From an uncultured Chthonomonadaceae bacterium (GTDB lineage Bacteria; Armatimonadota; Chthonomonadetes; Chthonomonadales; CAJBBX01): DNA of 64,000 nucleotides. Positions 44,669 through 55,826 of this stretch are shown piece after piece (within the stretch, counting starts at the first letter, position 1; every line of letters begins with the position of its first letter). The stretch covers positions 12,112 to 76,111 of the forward strand of contig CAYSDM010000005.1 of the NCBI GenBank assembly GCA_964429855.1, written 5' to 3'. The translations under genes were made by a program, and so were the position numbers. The notes under the pieces were generated by a model that was not told the origin of the DNA, did no database searches, and saw nothing but the letters and a program-made list of their open reading frames with translations.

Positions 44669-45976
44669 TTGCAGATTCTTATTCTGGATAACGTGCAGTG
44701 CAATATGGGCGATTCGGCGATACTGCTGGCAATGCACGCCTCCTTTCGCGATGAGTTCGGATCGGATACGGTTGTTAAGTCATGCTTTTGCGGATCTACC
44801 TCCGATCCGGGAGTCTATGCGCAGCACTATCCGGAGATGAACCTGATTCGCCCTCTCTGGCATGCGCTCTACGACTGGTACACGCCGAAGTGGAAAGTCT
44901 GGTCGAAGATCGTTCGTCGAACCGCGCCAAAGCGTTTTGAGATGCAGGCGAAGCTGCATCAGAGAAGGGTACCTTTTTCCACGCTTTTCGGGCAGGAGAG
45001 AGAACTGTTTCGCGAGTTTGTGAAATCCGATCTGATTGTCGTTTCCGGTGGCGCGGTGCTCTCTACTTCCTGGACGGCGCAGAGTCTTCGACCACATCGG
45101 ATCGCAGAGTATCATGCAGCCCTGGAGCTTGGAAAACCGCTGGTGTTCTATGCCGCTTCTTATGGACCGTTTGAGGACCAGGATGATCTACCCGATCTGC
45201 TGAAAGCGGTCATGGAGCGGTCAGCCGCCGTCATCTGTCGCGATGCCAACGCTCTCAAGATCGTCGAGGAGAGAATCGGCGTAAAAACGGCCAATGTCCA
45301 TAAGACGATTGATGAGGCGATTCTCCTGCAGCCGCGCACGCTCTCCCGCAATTATGTCCCGGAGAAGAGTCTTCCTGTGCGTGTCGGATTGGTCGCGCAT
45401 AAGTGGCACTGGTCCGGGCATGAAGACAGGAAGGCGAAACAGGCGGAGTTTGAGAGCCGGATCGCGCACGTCTGCCGTGAGATTCTTTCGGAATACGACA
45501 CAGATATGGTGTTTATTACCAGCCATCCGGAGGTTCCGAAGGCGATGTTCGTGGAGGTAGATGTTCCTCGACGGATAAAAGAGTTGCTGCCGGATGAGCT
45601 GAAGCCGCGTGTGCATGTCGTCACCGAGTTTATCCATCCACAGGAGTTCGCAGGTCTGATGGGACAGTGCGATCTGGTGTTGTCCAGCCGTATGCACGGG
45701 GGAGTCCTCAGCCTTGCCGGAGGCGCGCCTCTTCTCGCCCTGAGCTATGAACCAAAGACCAGAGGCTTTCTGGAGCAGATCGGTCTGGAAGACTGGATGC
45801 TCTCGATGGGTGAATCGTCGGCGGAGGAGATACTGAAAAAGGCGAGGTGGATGCTGGACAACCGCGTGGAGTGTAGAAAGAGGCGCGACATCGCGGTGGA
45901 GAAAGCCCGCAGCATCGCGCTGCAAAACCGGAAAATTGTTCGCGACGCGTTCGAAAAGCATCAAAAGAGATCATGA
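44669..45976 (+). CDS. Polysaccharide pyruvyl transferase family (WcaK-like)
   Basis: TTG start; NMGDSAIL, SGG, SYGPF, CRD and SRMHG motifs. Confidence 0.88.
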   Translation: MQILILDNVQCNMGDSAILLAMHASFRDEFGSDTVVKSCFCGSTSDPGVYAQHYPEMNLIRPLWHALYDWYTPKWKVWSKIVRRTAPKRFEMQAKLHQRRVPFSTLFGQERELFREFVKSDLIVVSGGAVLSTSWTAQSLRPHRIAEYHAALELGKPLVFYAASYGPFEDQDDLPDLLKAVMERSAAVICRDANALKIVEERIGVKTANVHKTIDEAILLQPRTLSRNYVPEKSLPVRVGLVAHKWHWSGHEDRKAKQAEFESRIAHVCREILSEYDTDMVFITSHPEVPKAMFVEVDVPRRIKELLPDELKPRVHVVTEFIHPQEFAGLMGQCDLVLSSRMHGGVLSLAGGAPLLALSYEPKTRGFLEQIGLEDWMLSMGESSAEEILKKARWMLDNRVECRKRRDIAVEKARSIALQNRKIVRDAFEKHQKRS

Positions 45977-47118
45977 AACTGCTGGGAACGAAAATTAACT
46001 TCGACTATAACGCGGAGGCAAAGGTATTCTCCTCGCTGCTCCGGAACAGGCACTCTCTCTATGAGGCTTCCGTCATCTATAACTGCTGGCAAGGGGCTTC
46101 ACAGGGATGGGAGCAGTTTCAGAGCGACTCAGGCGCGCAAGTTATTCCATTCGATACCGGCTGGAGACCTAATCCAGACAACCGGCGCTCCGCCTTCGGG
46201 AAAGTCGTGTCGGTAGCGAAATACTATCGGTCCCTCCCAAAGCTGCTCAAAATAGCCCGCAATCTGCAACCAGACCTGATCTACTCCTGCCAGCAGCGCT
46301 ATGATGTAATCCTTGCCTCCTATCTGGCTAAGCGTCTGAGCAAGCCACAGATCGTGCATCTGCACTATAACATTGGACCCTGGCTGGGACAGGCGGCGCT
46401 AAACATCCTGAAAGAGTGCCGTTTCATCATCACCGTCAGCGACTTCATCCGCGATCAGGTTATCGCCTATGGCAGATCGCCGGATTCGGTTGCGACGGTT
46501 CGCAACACGATGCGAATACCGGAACCTGTTCCGCTCTCCCGACGCTGCGCGCTGCGCGATTCGCTTGGCATTCCGCAGGAGGCGGTCGTGGTAGGGATGG
46601 TGGCACGCCTGGACCCGTTCAAAGGCGCGGAGGATGTCGTCTCGGCTTTTATTCAGATCGCGGATCGCTTCCCGCAAGCCTATCTGGTAATGGTCGGAGA
46701 TGGCTCTCTGCGCGAAAGTCTGGAAAAGCAGGCATTCAGCAGTCCAGCAGCGGATCATATTCGCTTTACCGGTCGTCGAACGGATGTTCCCGAACTTCTG
46801 GGAATGATTGACATCTTTACGCATCCCTCGCATAAAGACCCGGCTCCGCTGGCAGTCCTGGAGGCATGCGCGGCCGGTCTGCCGGTAGTCGCCTATGAAG
46901 AGGGGGGGATCTGCGAGTTTATTGTCAACGGGAAAACGGGTCTTCTGACGGAGCCGAACAGAGTGGAAGGATTAGCGGCATCGCTGACTGCGCTGATCTC
47001 CGACCCGGAACGCGCACGAGAGATGGGTGTTTTAAATCAGCAGCGTATCGCGGAGGAGTTTCAACCGGAACAGGCAGGGAAGAGATTCGCGGAGATCATC
47101 CTCTCTAAAGCAGTTTAG
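45973..47118 (+). CDS. Glycosyltransferase family 4
   Basis: VSDF, VARLDPFKG, VGDG and LEACAAGLPVV...GGICE. Confidence 0.9.
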   Translation: MKLLGTKINFDYNAEAKVFSSLLRNRHSLYEASVIYNCWQGASQGWEQFQSDSGAQVIPFDTGWRPNPDNRRSAFGKVVSVAKYYRSLPKLLKIARNLQPDLIYSCQQRYDVILASYLAKRLSKPQIVHLHYNIGPWLGQAALNILKECRFIITVSDFIRDQVIAYGRSPDSVATVRNTMRIPEPVPLSRRCALRDSLGIPQEAVVVGMVARLDPFKGAEDVVSAFIQIADRFPQAYLVMVGDGSLRESLEKQAFSSPAADHIRFTGRRTDVPELLGMIDIFTHPSHKDPAPLAVLEACAAGLPVVAYEEGGICEFIVNGKTGLLTEPNRVEGLAASLTALISDPERAREMGVLNQQRIAEEFQPEQAGKRFAEIILSKAV

Positions 47119-47152
47119 CGCAATACAGAATGTAGCGATAGGAGCTTCATTG

Positions 47153-48316
47153 ATGAAACTCAAACGACCAGAGAAGGTCATAGAACAGGATGGGCGGGTG
47201 ACGCTATCTCATCCGGTCACATTACGCGGCGTGGAGCATGAGCTATTTCTACGGCTTCCCGGTGAACCGGTGAATGACGGTATCGAGCCATTTCTGGCGA
47301 TGCTGCTCATTCCCGCGATGCGAGAAGGGATGGATCTGATACTGGAGGAGCCGATCTCTCCGAAACTGCTTCTCGCGATTGATAAGATCCAACAGCAGTT
47401 TGTGGACTGGTTCCCGGACGATTTCCGGAAGGTGAAGGTCTGCGCGGAACCGCTGGATAAGATACCGGAACAACCGATAGACGTGAAATCAGGCTGCTTT
47501 TTCAGCGGGGGAGTCGATTCGTTCTACTCTGTACTGAAGCACCGGGAGGAGCTTTCCGGTCTCATTTATGTACACGGGATGGATGTTGGACTACATAGAA
47601 CTGACTTAAGGGAAAGAGTGCGATCTGAGTTGCTCACCTGTGCAGAATCTCTTAAACTACCACTAATCGAGTTGGAAACAAATGCTAGACAGATTTTTGA
47701 CGACATAGCCGATTGGGGCAGGTTTTATCATGGGTCTTTATTAGGGGGAGTTGCTCTAGCTCTTTCGAGTAGATTCTCCAAGATCATTATTGCCGCAGGT
47801 AGAACCCGCGATACTCTTTTCCCATGGGGATCGCATCCTGATCTTGACCCGCTCTGGAGTAATGAACGAACAGAAATAATTCATGATGGTCTCGAGGCAT
47901 GTCGAGCAGAGAAGATATTTGCCATAGCAAACACTGGGGAGGTTATGAGGCATTTGAGGGTGTGTTATCATAATATCCCTGGAAGATATAATTGCGGAAA
48001 TTGCGAAAAATGCTTGCGTACCATGGTAGTGTTGCGAGCTGCGGGAGTGTTAGATCAGTACGTTACATTTGAGAATCGCTTAGATTTAATGCGTGTAGCT
48101 TCTATTCCACTGGTTTCTAAGAACGTAGAAGCTTGGGTGGAAGAAAACCTTTCGATCGTTCGAAAGTATGCGAACGATCCCGAACTGGAGCAGGCGCTGG
48201 TAGACTGCCTGAATCGAAAATATGATCGTGGACTCCGGCGATCTCTCCGAAGATTATGGTGGACAATCAAAAGGAATCTGTATGGCAAGCCGCGCAACTC
48301 CTGGCTGAAGAGCTAA
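47153..48316 (+). CDS. PP-loop (adenine nucleotide alpha-hydrolase, QueC-like) protein in the polysaccharide locus
   Basis: FFSGGVDS PP-loop and C-terminal CY...NCGNCEKC cysteine cluster; RBS AGGAG. Confidence 0.7.
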   Translation: MKLKRPEKVIEQDGRVTLSHPVTLRGVEHELFLRLPGEPVNDGIEPFLAMLLIPAMREGMDLILEEPISPKLLLAIDKIQQQFVDWFPDDFRKVKVCAEPLDKIPEQPIDVKSGCFFSGGVDSFYSVLKHREELSGLIYVHGMDVGLHRTDLRERVRSELLTCAESLKLPLIELETNARQIFDDIADWGRFYHGSLLGGVALALSSRFSKIIIAAGRTRDTLFPWGSHPDLDPLWSNERTEIIHDGLEACRAEKIFAIANTGEVMRHLRVCYHNIPGRYNCGNCEKCLRTMVVLRAAGVLDQYVTFENRLDLMRVASIPLVSKNVEAWVEENLSIVRKYANDPELEQALVDCLNRKYDRGLRRSLRRLWWTIKRNLYGKPRNSWLKS

Positions 48317-48377
48317 TCCGCAGCCACGGCAGAAAAACTTCAAGGAGTGAATCCACAATCGTGGAAACCAGAATGAG

Positions 48378-49382
48378 ATGACTATCTGTATCCTGGACCC
48401 AGGACTGCAAACGCAGTCGGGCAGTCCAAGCACAAATCTGGGAGACCTGATTATCCAGGACGCGGTGAATCAGGAGATTGGCGCGCTCTTCCCCGATCAG
48501 ACGATCTACCGCTGCTCCACGCATGAGCCGATGACCGGGGAGCAGTTTGCTGCCATCGCAAAAATCCCTCTGATCATTGTGGGCGGGACAAACCTGTTAA
48601 CCTCGCGCATGCGCCCCTATAATCGCTGGAATGAGCATTTTAAGTGCTGGAGCAATCAGTGGGCGATTCACCTGCTGGATGCATGGCGGATTCGTCGTGC
48701 GGTGCTGCTGGGATGCGGCTGGGTGGACTATCAGGGAGAACCGGACATCTTTACGCGGCTGATGTATAAAACGGTTCTGGCAAAAAAGGGATTTCACTCC
48801 GTCCGTGACGCCTACTCAAAGCAGAAGCTCAACAACGCTGGCATCTCCAATGTGCTGAATACCAACTGCGTGACGATGTGGAACCTTCTGCGAAAGAGAA
48901 TGGAGACGATACCGACCACGAAGGCAGAGAGTGCTCTGGTGATGCTGACCGACTACCGGAAAGATCACACGCTGGATGCGCAGCTTCTTCAAATACTTGT
49001 AAAACGATACAGGCAGGTCTACGCCTGGCCTCAGGGGACGGAAGATGCCGCCTATCTTCAGGAACTGAACTTCTCCGGGGTGGTGCTGGAGCGCACATTA
49101 GAGGGACTGGATCGCTTTATTCAGTCTGATATCTCCTTTGACTATATCGGCACGCGGTTGCATGGCGGAATCCGCTGTCTCCAAAATCTGCGACGAGCGT
49201 TGATACTGGAGGTGGATAACCGGGCTAGGGAGATCGCGCAGGATACCGGACTCCCGACCACAAAACGCGACAACTTCGAGGCGATAGAGGCATGGATCGA
49301 GCGCAGCGAGCCGATTTGCCTGCGCCTGAACGAAGAGGCAATCCAGCAATGGAGAGAGAGCGTGCTGTCGTCGGTCTCCTGA
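48378..49382 (+). CDS. Polysaccharide pyruvyl transferase family protein
   Basis: NLGDLII, GGTN, SVRD and GTRLHG motifs. Confidence 0.85.
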   Translation: MTICILDPGLQTQSGSPSTNLGDLIIQDAVNQEIGALFPDQTIYRCSTHEPMTGEQFAAIAKIPLIIVGGTNLLTSRMRPYNRWNEHFKCWSNQWAIHLLDAWRIRRAVLLGCGWVDYQGEPDIFTRLMYKTVLAKKGFHSVRDAYSKQKLNNAGISNVLNTNCVTMWNLLRKRMETIPTTKAESALVMLTDYRKDHTLDAQLLQILVKRYRQVYAWPQGTEDAAYLQELNFSGVVLERTLEGLDRFIQSDISFDYIGTRLHGGIRCLQNLRRALILEVDNRAREIAQDTGLPTTKRDNFEAIEAWIERSEPICLRLNEEAIQQWRESVLSSVS

Positions 49383-49425
49383 TATGCCTTCTAAATACTT
49401 CTGCTGTCATCTGATGGATTAAGAC

Positions 49426-50913
49426 GTGACAACCCAAACCGAACCCGAAGCGACTCCGACGATCTCCCACCAGAAGGTGGCGAAAAACACCCTTATCTAC
49501 CTTCTGGGGCAGATCGTCTCCTGGTGTGTGACCTTCTTAACCGTCTCGATCATCCCCCGTCGTATTGGCGAAGAGGGCATGGGGCAGCTTGCCGTTGCCG
49601 CTTCCATTACAACCACCGTCGGCTCCTGTTTTGCGCTTGGGATTGACAGCTATCTGGTTGCGGAGATCGGACGCTGCCCGGAGAATTCAGACAGACTGGT
49701 TCGCAGTCTGTGGGCGTTTCGATGCGTTACCATGCTGCCGCAGATTCTGGTCACCTTGCTGGTGATGAAGGTCATGCATGTCAGCGATCTGATCTTCTAC
49801 ATCGGCTGCCTGAATCTGGTCAGCATGCTTGCCACGAAGATATTCACCCCCATTCGTTCCGCCTTCAACGGCTGGGAGAATGCGCGCGCTGTCTCTATCA
49901 TGGACTTTGCCACGACGCTGCCGATGTTAATGGCGATCCCATTCCTGCAATACGGTCCCCTGGGCATCTCTGTTATCTCCACCCTCTGGAACTATGTCAT
50001 CCTGATCAGCAGTCTCATCGCAATCCGGGCCATTATCCGCAAAGTTCCACAGTTTGATGTCGCGCTCTGGAAGGAGCTGATAAAGGGGGGGCTGCCGTTC
50101 TTCGCCAATGGCGTAATCATGAGTCTGTTCGGATTCAGTTCCGTGTTTGTTCTGCGGCACTATATGAATGATGCGGCAGTGGGGGAGTACAATCAGGTTA
50201 CCCGCCTCGGAGGTACTTTTCTCTTTCTGCCGGTAGCGATTGGCACCGCGATGCTGCCATCTCTGGCGCGGCTGGCGGATGTCAATCCGGGCGACTTTCG
50301 CAGGATGCAGTCCCGAGTGCTTTCGCTGATGATCGCGATGGGGCTTCCAGTCGCAACGCTCATCTTCCTGCTGGCTTTCCCCTTTAGCAGACTGCTCTAC
50401 GGGCAGGGGAAGTTTCTGGCGGTTCCGGTGCTGCTGCAGTTATATGCCTTCATGATTATTCCGCTCTATATCAACACCACCATCTATCGCTTTCTGATTG
50501 CCCAGAAGAAGAACGCCGTCTGGAGCGGATTTCTTGCAGGCACGGTGCTGATGCATGTGACGTTTAGCTTTCTGTTGACTCCTCTGGCGTTGCGATGGAC
50601 GAAATTCGGTCAACTGGGAGTCCTGGCATCGAATATCCTGGCGGAAGTGATCACCGTGTTCTTTGCCTTCATCCTGTTAAGGACGAACCCTCTGAACCGT
50701 GAGACAGTGGGTAAGATTCTGCGGTCGCTGCTGGCGACGGCGTTGACGGCTGGGGTCATCTGGGTGACACGGAGCCTTTTCATCGTCATCCCGGCTCTTC
50801 TCGGATTGGCGACCTACCTCGTGAGCGCCTACTATCTGAAGGTGCTTGGAGAAGAGGATCAGCGCAAGGTGGTGGATATCTTCCGGGAGAAGTTTCGACG
50901 GAGAAAGGCTTAA
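49426..50913 (+). CDS. Wzx-type oligosaccharide flippase
   Basis: Multiple TM helices; KVAKNT start, G.EGMG.L and AVGEY motifs typical of MOP/Wzx. Confidence 0.88.
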   Translation: MTTQTEPEATPTISHQKVAKNTLIYLLGQIVSWCVTFLTVSIIPRRIGEEGMGQLAVAASITTTVGSCFALGIDSYLVAEIGRCPENSDRLVRSLWAFRCVTMLPQILVTLLVMKVMHVSDLIFYIGCLNLVSMLATKIFTPIRSAFNGWENARAVSIMDFATTLPMLMAIPFLQYGPLGISVISTLWNYVILISSLIAIRAIIRKVPQFDVALWKELIKGGLPFFANGVIMSLFGFSSVFVLRHYMNDAAVGEYNQVTRLGGTFLFLPVAIGTAMLPSLARLADVNPGDFRRMQSRVLSLMIAMGLPVATLIFLLAFPFSRLLYGQGKFLAVPVLLQLYAFMIIPLYINTTIYRFLIAQKKNAVWSGFLAGTVLMHVTFSFLLTPLALRWTKFGQLGVLASNILAEVITVFFAFILLRTNPLNRETVGKILRSLLATALTAGVIWVTRSLFIVIPALLGLATYLVSAYYLKVLGEEDQRKVVDIFREKFRRRKA

Positions 50914-51902
50914 AGAGAGGATCGAAGCGCGGGAGAGTCCCACACGGATGCATTACAGACGTACCCCGGTTGCTCTCCGCGTTTCAGGGCAAGAATGCTG
51001 CTCGCGGTCAGTCGGCACATCGTCTGCACCGCTTCGACCGCGTTGAAGGCGTTATGCGGGGAGAGTACGCAACGCGGCGCATTTCTGAGCGGGTGATCCG
51101 CAGGAAGTGGCTCTTCCGCATAGACATCGAGGGCGGCTCCCCCGATCTGACCGTTCTCCAGCGCTTGCAGCAGCGCCGCCTCATCCACCAGCGCGCCGCG
51201 CGACGTATTCACCAGACAGGCGCTCTTTTTCATCCATGAGAGTGTTTCGGCGTTGATCAGCTTGTCCGTCTCCGGGAGCGCAGGCGCATGAAGTGAGACA
51301 ATATCGCTCTCCCGAAGCAGTCGTTCCAGAGAGACAAACTTCACGTCCGGATAGCCTCCGGCGCGTTCTATCCGGGGGTCATACGCAATTACGCGCATAC
51401 GAAAACCCAGAGCGCGTTTCACAACCTCCTGTCCGATCTGCCCGCACCCGATCAGCCCGAGGGTCTTTTCCGCCAGTTGAAAGCCGGGAAGCTCTCCCCA
51501 GCCGCCGGAACGCATCAAAGATTCTCCCTGCGGAATATGTCGAGCCAGCGCGAGGATCAAGCCCAGGGTATAGTCCGCTACCGCCTCGGTCATCGCTCCC
51601 GGCGTGTTAGTGATGACGACTCCCGCTTCGGAGGCATCGAGCAGGTTGATCCGGTCAATCCCGACGCCGCAACGCGCAACAATCTTCAAGCGCGGGCAGG
51701 CGGAAAATACCGGCGCATAGTAGGGATCGTTGGAGGCGATGACGGCGTCGCAGTCCGCAAGAAGGGGAATCAGTTTTGACTCAGGAAGCGGTCCCGCCTC
51801 TGGCGAACGAACGACTTCACAGCCTTCCGCTCTCAGTCTGGCATCTTCATCCTGCCCGCTTACCCAGAACGCTCTCGCGGTTACCAGCACTCGCCAGGTC
51901 AT
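50910..51902 (-). CDS. D-isomer-specific 2-hydroxyacid dehydrogenase (phosphoglycerate dehydrogenase-like)
   Basis: RCGVGID, GLIGCGQIG, NTSRG..VDE, LDVYAEEP and PHNA. Confidence 0.9.
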   Translation of the reverse strand: MTWRVLVTARAFWVSGQDEDARLRAEGCEVVRSPEAGPLPESKLIPLLADCDAVIASNDPYYAPVFSACPRLKIVARCGVGIDRINLLDASEAGVVITNTPGAMTEAVADYTLGLILALARHIPQGESLMRSGGWGELPGFQLAEKTLGLIGCGQIGQEVVKRALGFRMRVIAYDPRIERAGGYPDVKFVSLERLLRESDIVSLHAPALPETDKLINAETLSWMKKSACLVNTSRGALVDEAALLQALENGQIGGAALDVYAEEPLPADHPLRNAPRCVLSPHNAFNAVEAVQTMCRLTASSILALKRGEQPGYVCNASVWDSPALRSSL

Positions 51903-51917
51903 CGCCTCTCTCGCCTC

Positions 51918-53474
51918 CTACAGTCTTTCGGAAATGGATTTCGCCTGAAGGAACAACTGAAGATAGTCTCGCCCTCCGGCTTTACTGTCGGTTCCGCTCA
52001 TGTTGAAACCGCCAAAGGGCTGAACATCCACCAGCGCGCCGGTGCATTTCCGATTCATGTAGAGGTTTCCGACATGAAACTCATGCCGCGCTCTCTCCAG
52101 ATGCTCCCGGTCATGGGAGTAGATCGCTCCGGTCAGCCCGTATTCGGTGCCGTTGGCGATCTCCAGTCCGTGATCGAAGCTCTCTGCGCGAATTACCGCC
52201 AGAACCGGCCCGAAAATCTCCTCCTGTGCGATACGCGCATCCGGCGCGACATCGGCGATGATGGTGGGAGCGATAAAGAAGCCTTCTGCTACTCCCTCCG
52301 GCGTACCTCCGCCCAGTACGAGCCTGCCCTCCGTCTTCCCGATTTCGATGTACTCTTTAATCTTCTCAAACTGCGAAGAGTCGATTACTGCGCCCATAAA
52401 GTTCTTCGCATCAGTCGGGTCGCCGACGGTTAACCTTCCTGCTCGTTCAACCACGCGCTTCAACAGGTCGTCATAGATATCCTTATGCGCGATCAGGCGG
52501 GAACAGGCGGAACACTTCTGCCCCTGAAAGCCGAAGGCGGAGGCGGCGACGCCTTCCGCGGCGGCTTCCAGATCCGCTCCGGCATCTACGAGGATGGCAT
52601 CTTTACCGCCCATCTCCAGCACCACGCGTTTAAGCCACTTATGACCGGGCTGATGAACGGCAGCGCGCTGGTGAATATGCAGTCCCACTTCGCGAGAGCC
52701 GGTGAAGGAGATAAAGCGAATCTGCGGATGACCGGTAAGTACCTCGCCGATCTCGCGCCCCGGACCCGGAAGATAGTTAACCACCCCGGAAGGGAAGGAG
52801 GCTTCTTCCAGAAGCTCCATGAACTTCGCCGCAATGATCGGCGACTGCCCTGCCGGTTTCATGATGACGGTGTTTCCGGTGACCGCCGCCGCCGTGGTCA
52901 TGCCGCAAAGGATCGCCAGGGGAAAATTCCAGGGACTGATGACCGCGCCGACGCCGAGAGGAATATAGCGTACCTCATTCTCTTCGCCGGGGTAGGGAGT
53001 GGTGGGATGCGCGCCGTCGAGACGCATCATCTCGCGGGCATAGAACTCCATGAAGTCTATCGCCTCGGCGGTATCGGCATAGGCTTCCGCCCAGGATTTG
53101 CTGACCTCATAGACCAGCCACGCAGAGAATTCATAGATACGGCGGCGCAAGATCGCGGCCGCTTTCAACAGATAACGCGCGCGAACTTCACCGGGAACGC
53201 GCTTCCATGTAACGAAGGCTTCGCCTGCGATCGAGATCGCATGTTCCGTCAGTTCGGCAGTGGCGCGGGCTGCCTGTCCGACTATCTGCGAGGGGCGCGC
53301 CGGGTTGCGTGAAACGATATAGTCATCGGTTGTGAAGATGCGTTCACCGCCGATTACCAGCGGATAGGACTGTCCCAACTTGCTGCCGACTTCCTGCAGC
53401 GCCGCCTCCATCCTGCTGCGAGGCTCATCCTGCCTGAAGTCCACGTATGGTTCGTTCTTGAACGGAGTGAGCAT
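51918..53474 (-). CDS. pruA: 1-pyrroline-5-carboxylate dehydrogenase (PruA/RocA type)
   Basis: PFKNEP N-terminus; PWNFP, FTGS, EMGGK, FQGQKCSACS, EEIFGPV and PFGGFNMSG; start at ATG 53474. Confidence 0.92.
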   Translation of the reverse strand: MLTPFKNEPYVDFRQDEPRSRMEAALQEVGSKLGQSYPLVIGGERIFTTDDYIVSRNPARPSQIVGQAARATAELTEHAISIAGEAFVTWKRVPGEVRARYLLKAAAILRRRIYEFSAWLVYEVSKSWAEAYADTAEAIDFMEFYAREMMRLDGAHPTTPYPGEENEVRYIPLGVGAVISPWNFPLAILCGMTTAAAVTGNTVIMKPAGQSPIIAAKFMELLEEASFPSGVVNYLPGPGREIGEVLTGHPQIRFISFTGSREVGLHIHQRAAVHQPGHKWLKRVVLEMGGKDAILVDAGADLEAAAEGVAASAFGFQGQKCSACSRLIAHKDIYDDLLKRVVERAGRLTVGDPTDAKNFMGAVIDSSQFEKIKEYIEIGKTEGRLVLGGGTPEGVAEGFFIAPTIIADVAPDARIAQEEIFGPVLAVIRAESFDHGLEIANGTEYGLTGAIYSHDREHLERARHEFHVGNLYMNRKCTGALVDVQPFGGFNMSGTDSKAGGRDYLQLFLQAKSISERL

Positions 53475-53598
53475 TGTTGTCTCCTCAAACGGCATCCGAC
53501 TGCTACCATCTCATTATACCCAACGGTATCAGGAGAGCATTCTACACAGGCGGATGAGGAGGTTGAGGGGGGACTTGACGATATCGCGGCGAACGACT

Positions 53599-54393
53599 CT
53601 AACCGACCCGGCGCGTTGGTTCCGTTTTTTCGCTGCTGAGAGGGGCATGTTTCTGAGCGCGCAGAGTCATCAGCACGAACTTCGGCAGCATCATTACCTT
53701 GCCGATCTTGCGGGGATTCTTCAAAAGCCGGTAGAGCCACTCCAGATTGAGACGCTGCATCCAGACCGGGGCGCGTTTCACTCTGCCAGAATAGACATCA
53801 AAGGTGCCTCCCACACCGATCAGAACAGGTACATGGAGCTCCTCGCGGAATCGGTGTATCCACTTCTCCTGTCGGGGGATGCCCAGCGCAACACAGATAA
53901 TATCCGGGTACACCACTTTAATCTGCTCAACGATCTCTGACTCCTGATCCGGCGTGAAAAATCCATCCCGTGTTCCAACCACCTGACACCCGGGGTAGCA
54001 GGATCGCATTCTTTCTGCGGCTGCCTGCGCAACGCCGGGGGCTGAACCGAAGAAGAAGAGACGATACCCGCGAACGGGGGAGAGGCTGCAGAGACGATCC
54101 ACAATCTCGACACCGGAGACGCGCTCTTTCAACGGGCGTCCCAGACGACGACAGGCCCACAGGACTCCCGCGCTGTCCGGGGTGACGAGTTCCGCATGAG
54201 AGACTATGTTCAACAGCGCAGGGTCACCTTGCGCAATCACGCACATGGAGGAGTCGAGGGTTACGACATGATGGGGTTTTCGGGAGGAGATAAAACGATC
54301 TATCGTCTCCAGTGTCTCGTCCATCGAGACCCGATGGACGACCAGACCATGAAGGGAGATCGCTTCCAGATTATTGGTCTGTGACAGGGGCAT
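53599..54393 (-). CDS. WecB/TagA/CpsF family glycosyltransferase (GT26)
   Basis: PDSAG, RVSG, RDGFF, LGIPRQE, GVGGTFD, RAP.WM and LEWLYRL. Confidence 0.92.
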   Translation of the reverse strand: MPLSQTNNLEAISLHGLVVHRVSMDETLETIDRFISSRKPHHVVTLDSSMCVIAQGDPALLNIVSHAELVTPDSAGVLWACRRLGRPLKERVSGVEIVDRLCSLSPVRGYRLFFFGSAPGVAQAAAERMRSCYPGCQVVGTRDGFFTPDQESEIVEQIKVVYPDIICVALGIPRQEKWIHRFREELHVPVLIGVGGTFDVYSGRVKRAPVWMQRLNLEWLYRLLKNPRKIGKVMMLPKFVLMTLRAQKHAPLSSEKTEPTRRVG

Positions 54394-54465
54394 GCCTTTT
54401 CTCCTACCCCGCTATTATTCCCGTTTCCTGTGAGAAGTGTCAAGGCTGTACGTCGAGGAAAAAAA

Positions 54466-54499
54466 GGGCATGACCCAACTCATTTCAAGGGTCATGCCC
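54466..54499 (-). terminator. Intrinsic terminator after ahcY
   Basis: GGGCATGACCC / GGGTCATGCCC stem followed by a 7-T run on the minus strand. Confidence 0.8.
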
Positions 54500-54521
54500 A
54501 TATCAAACGGAGCAGGTATAT

Positions 54522-55793
<1,272 letters not shown>

Positions 55794-55826
55794 TTATTGC
55801 ATGAGACGATATTTACATAATCATCA

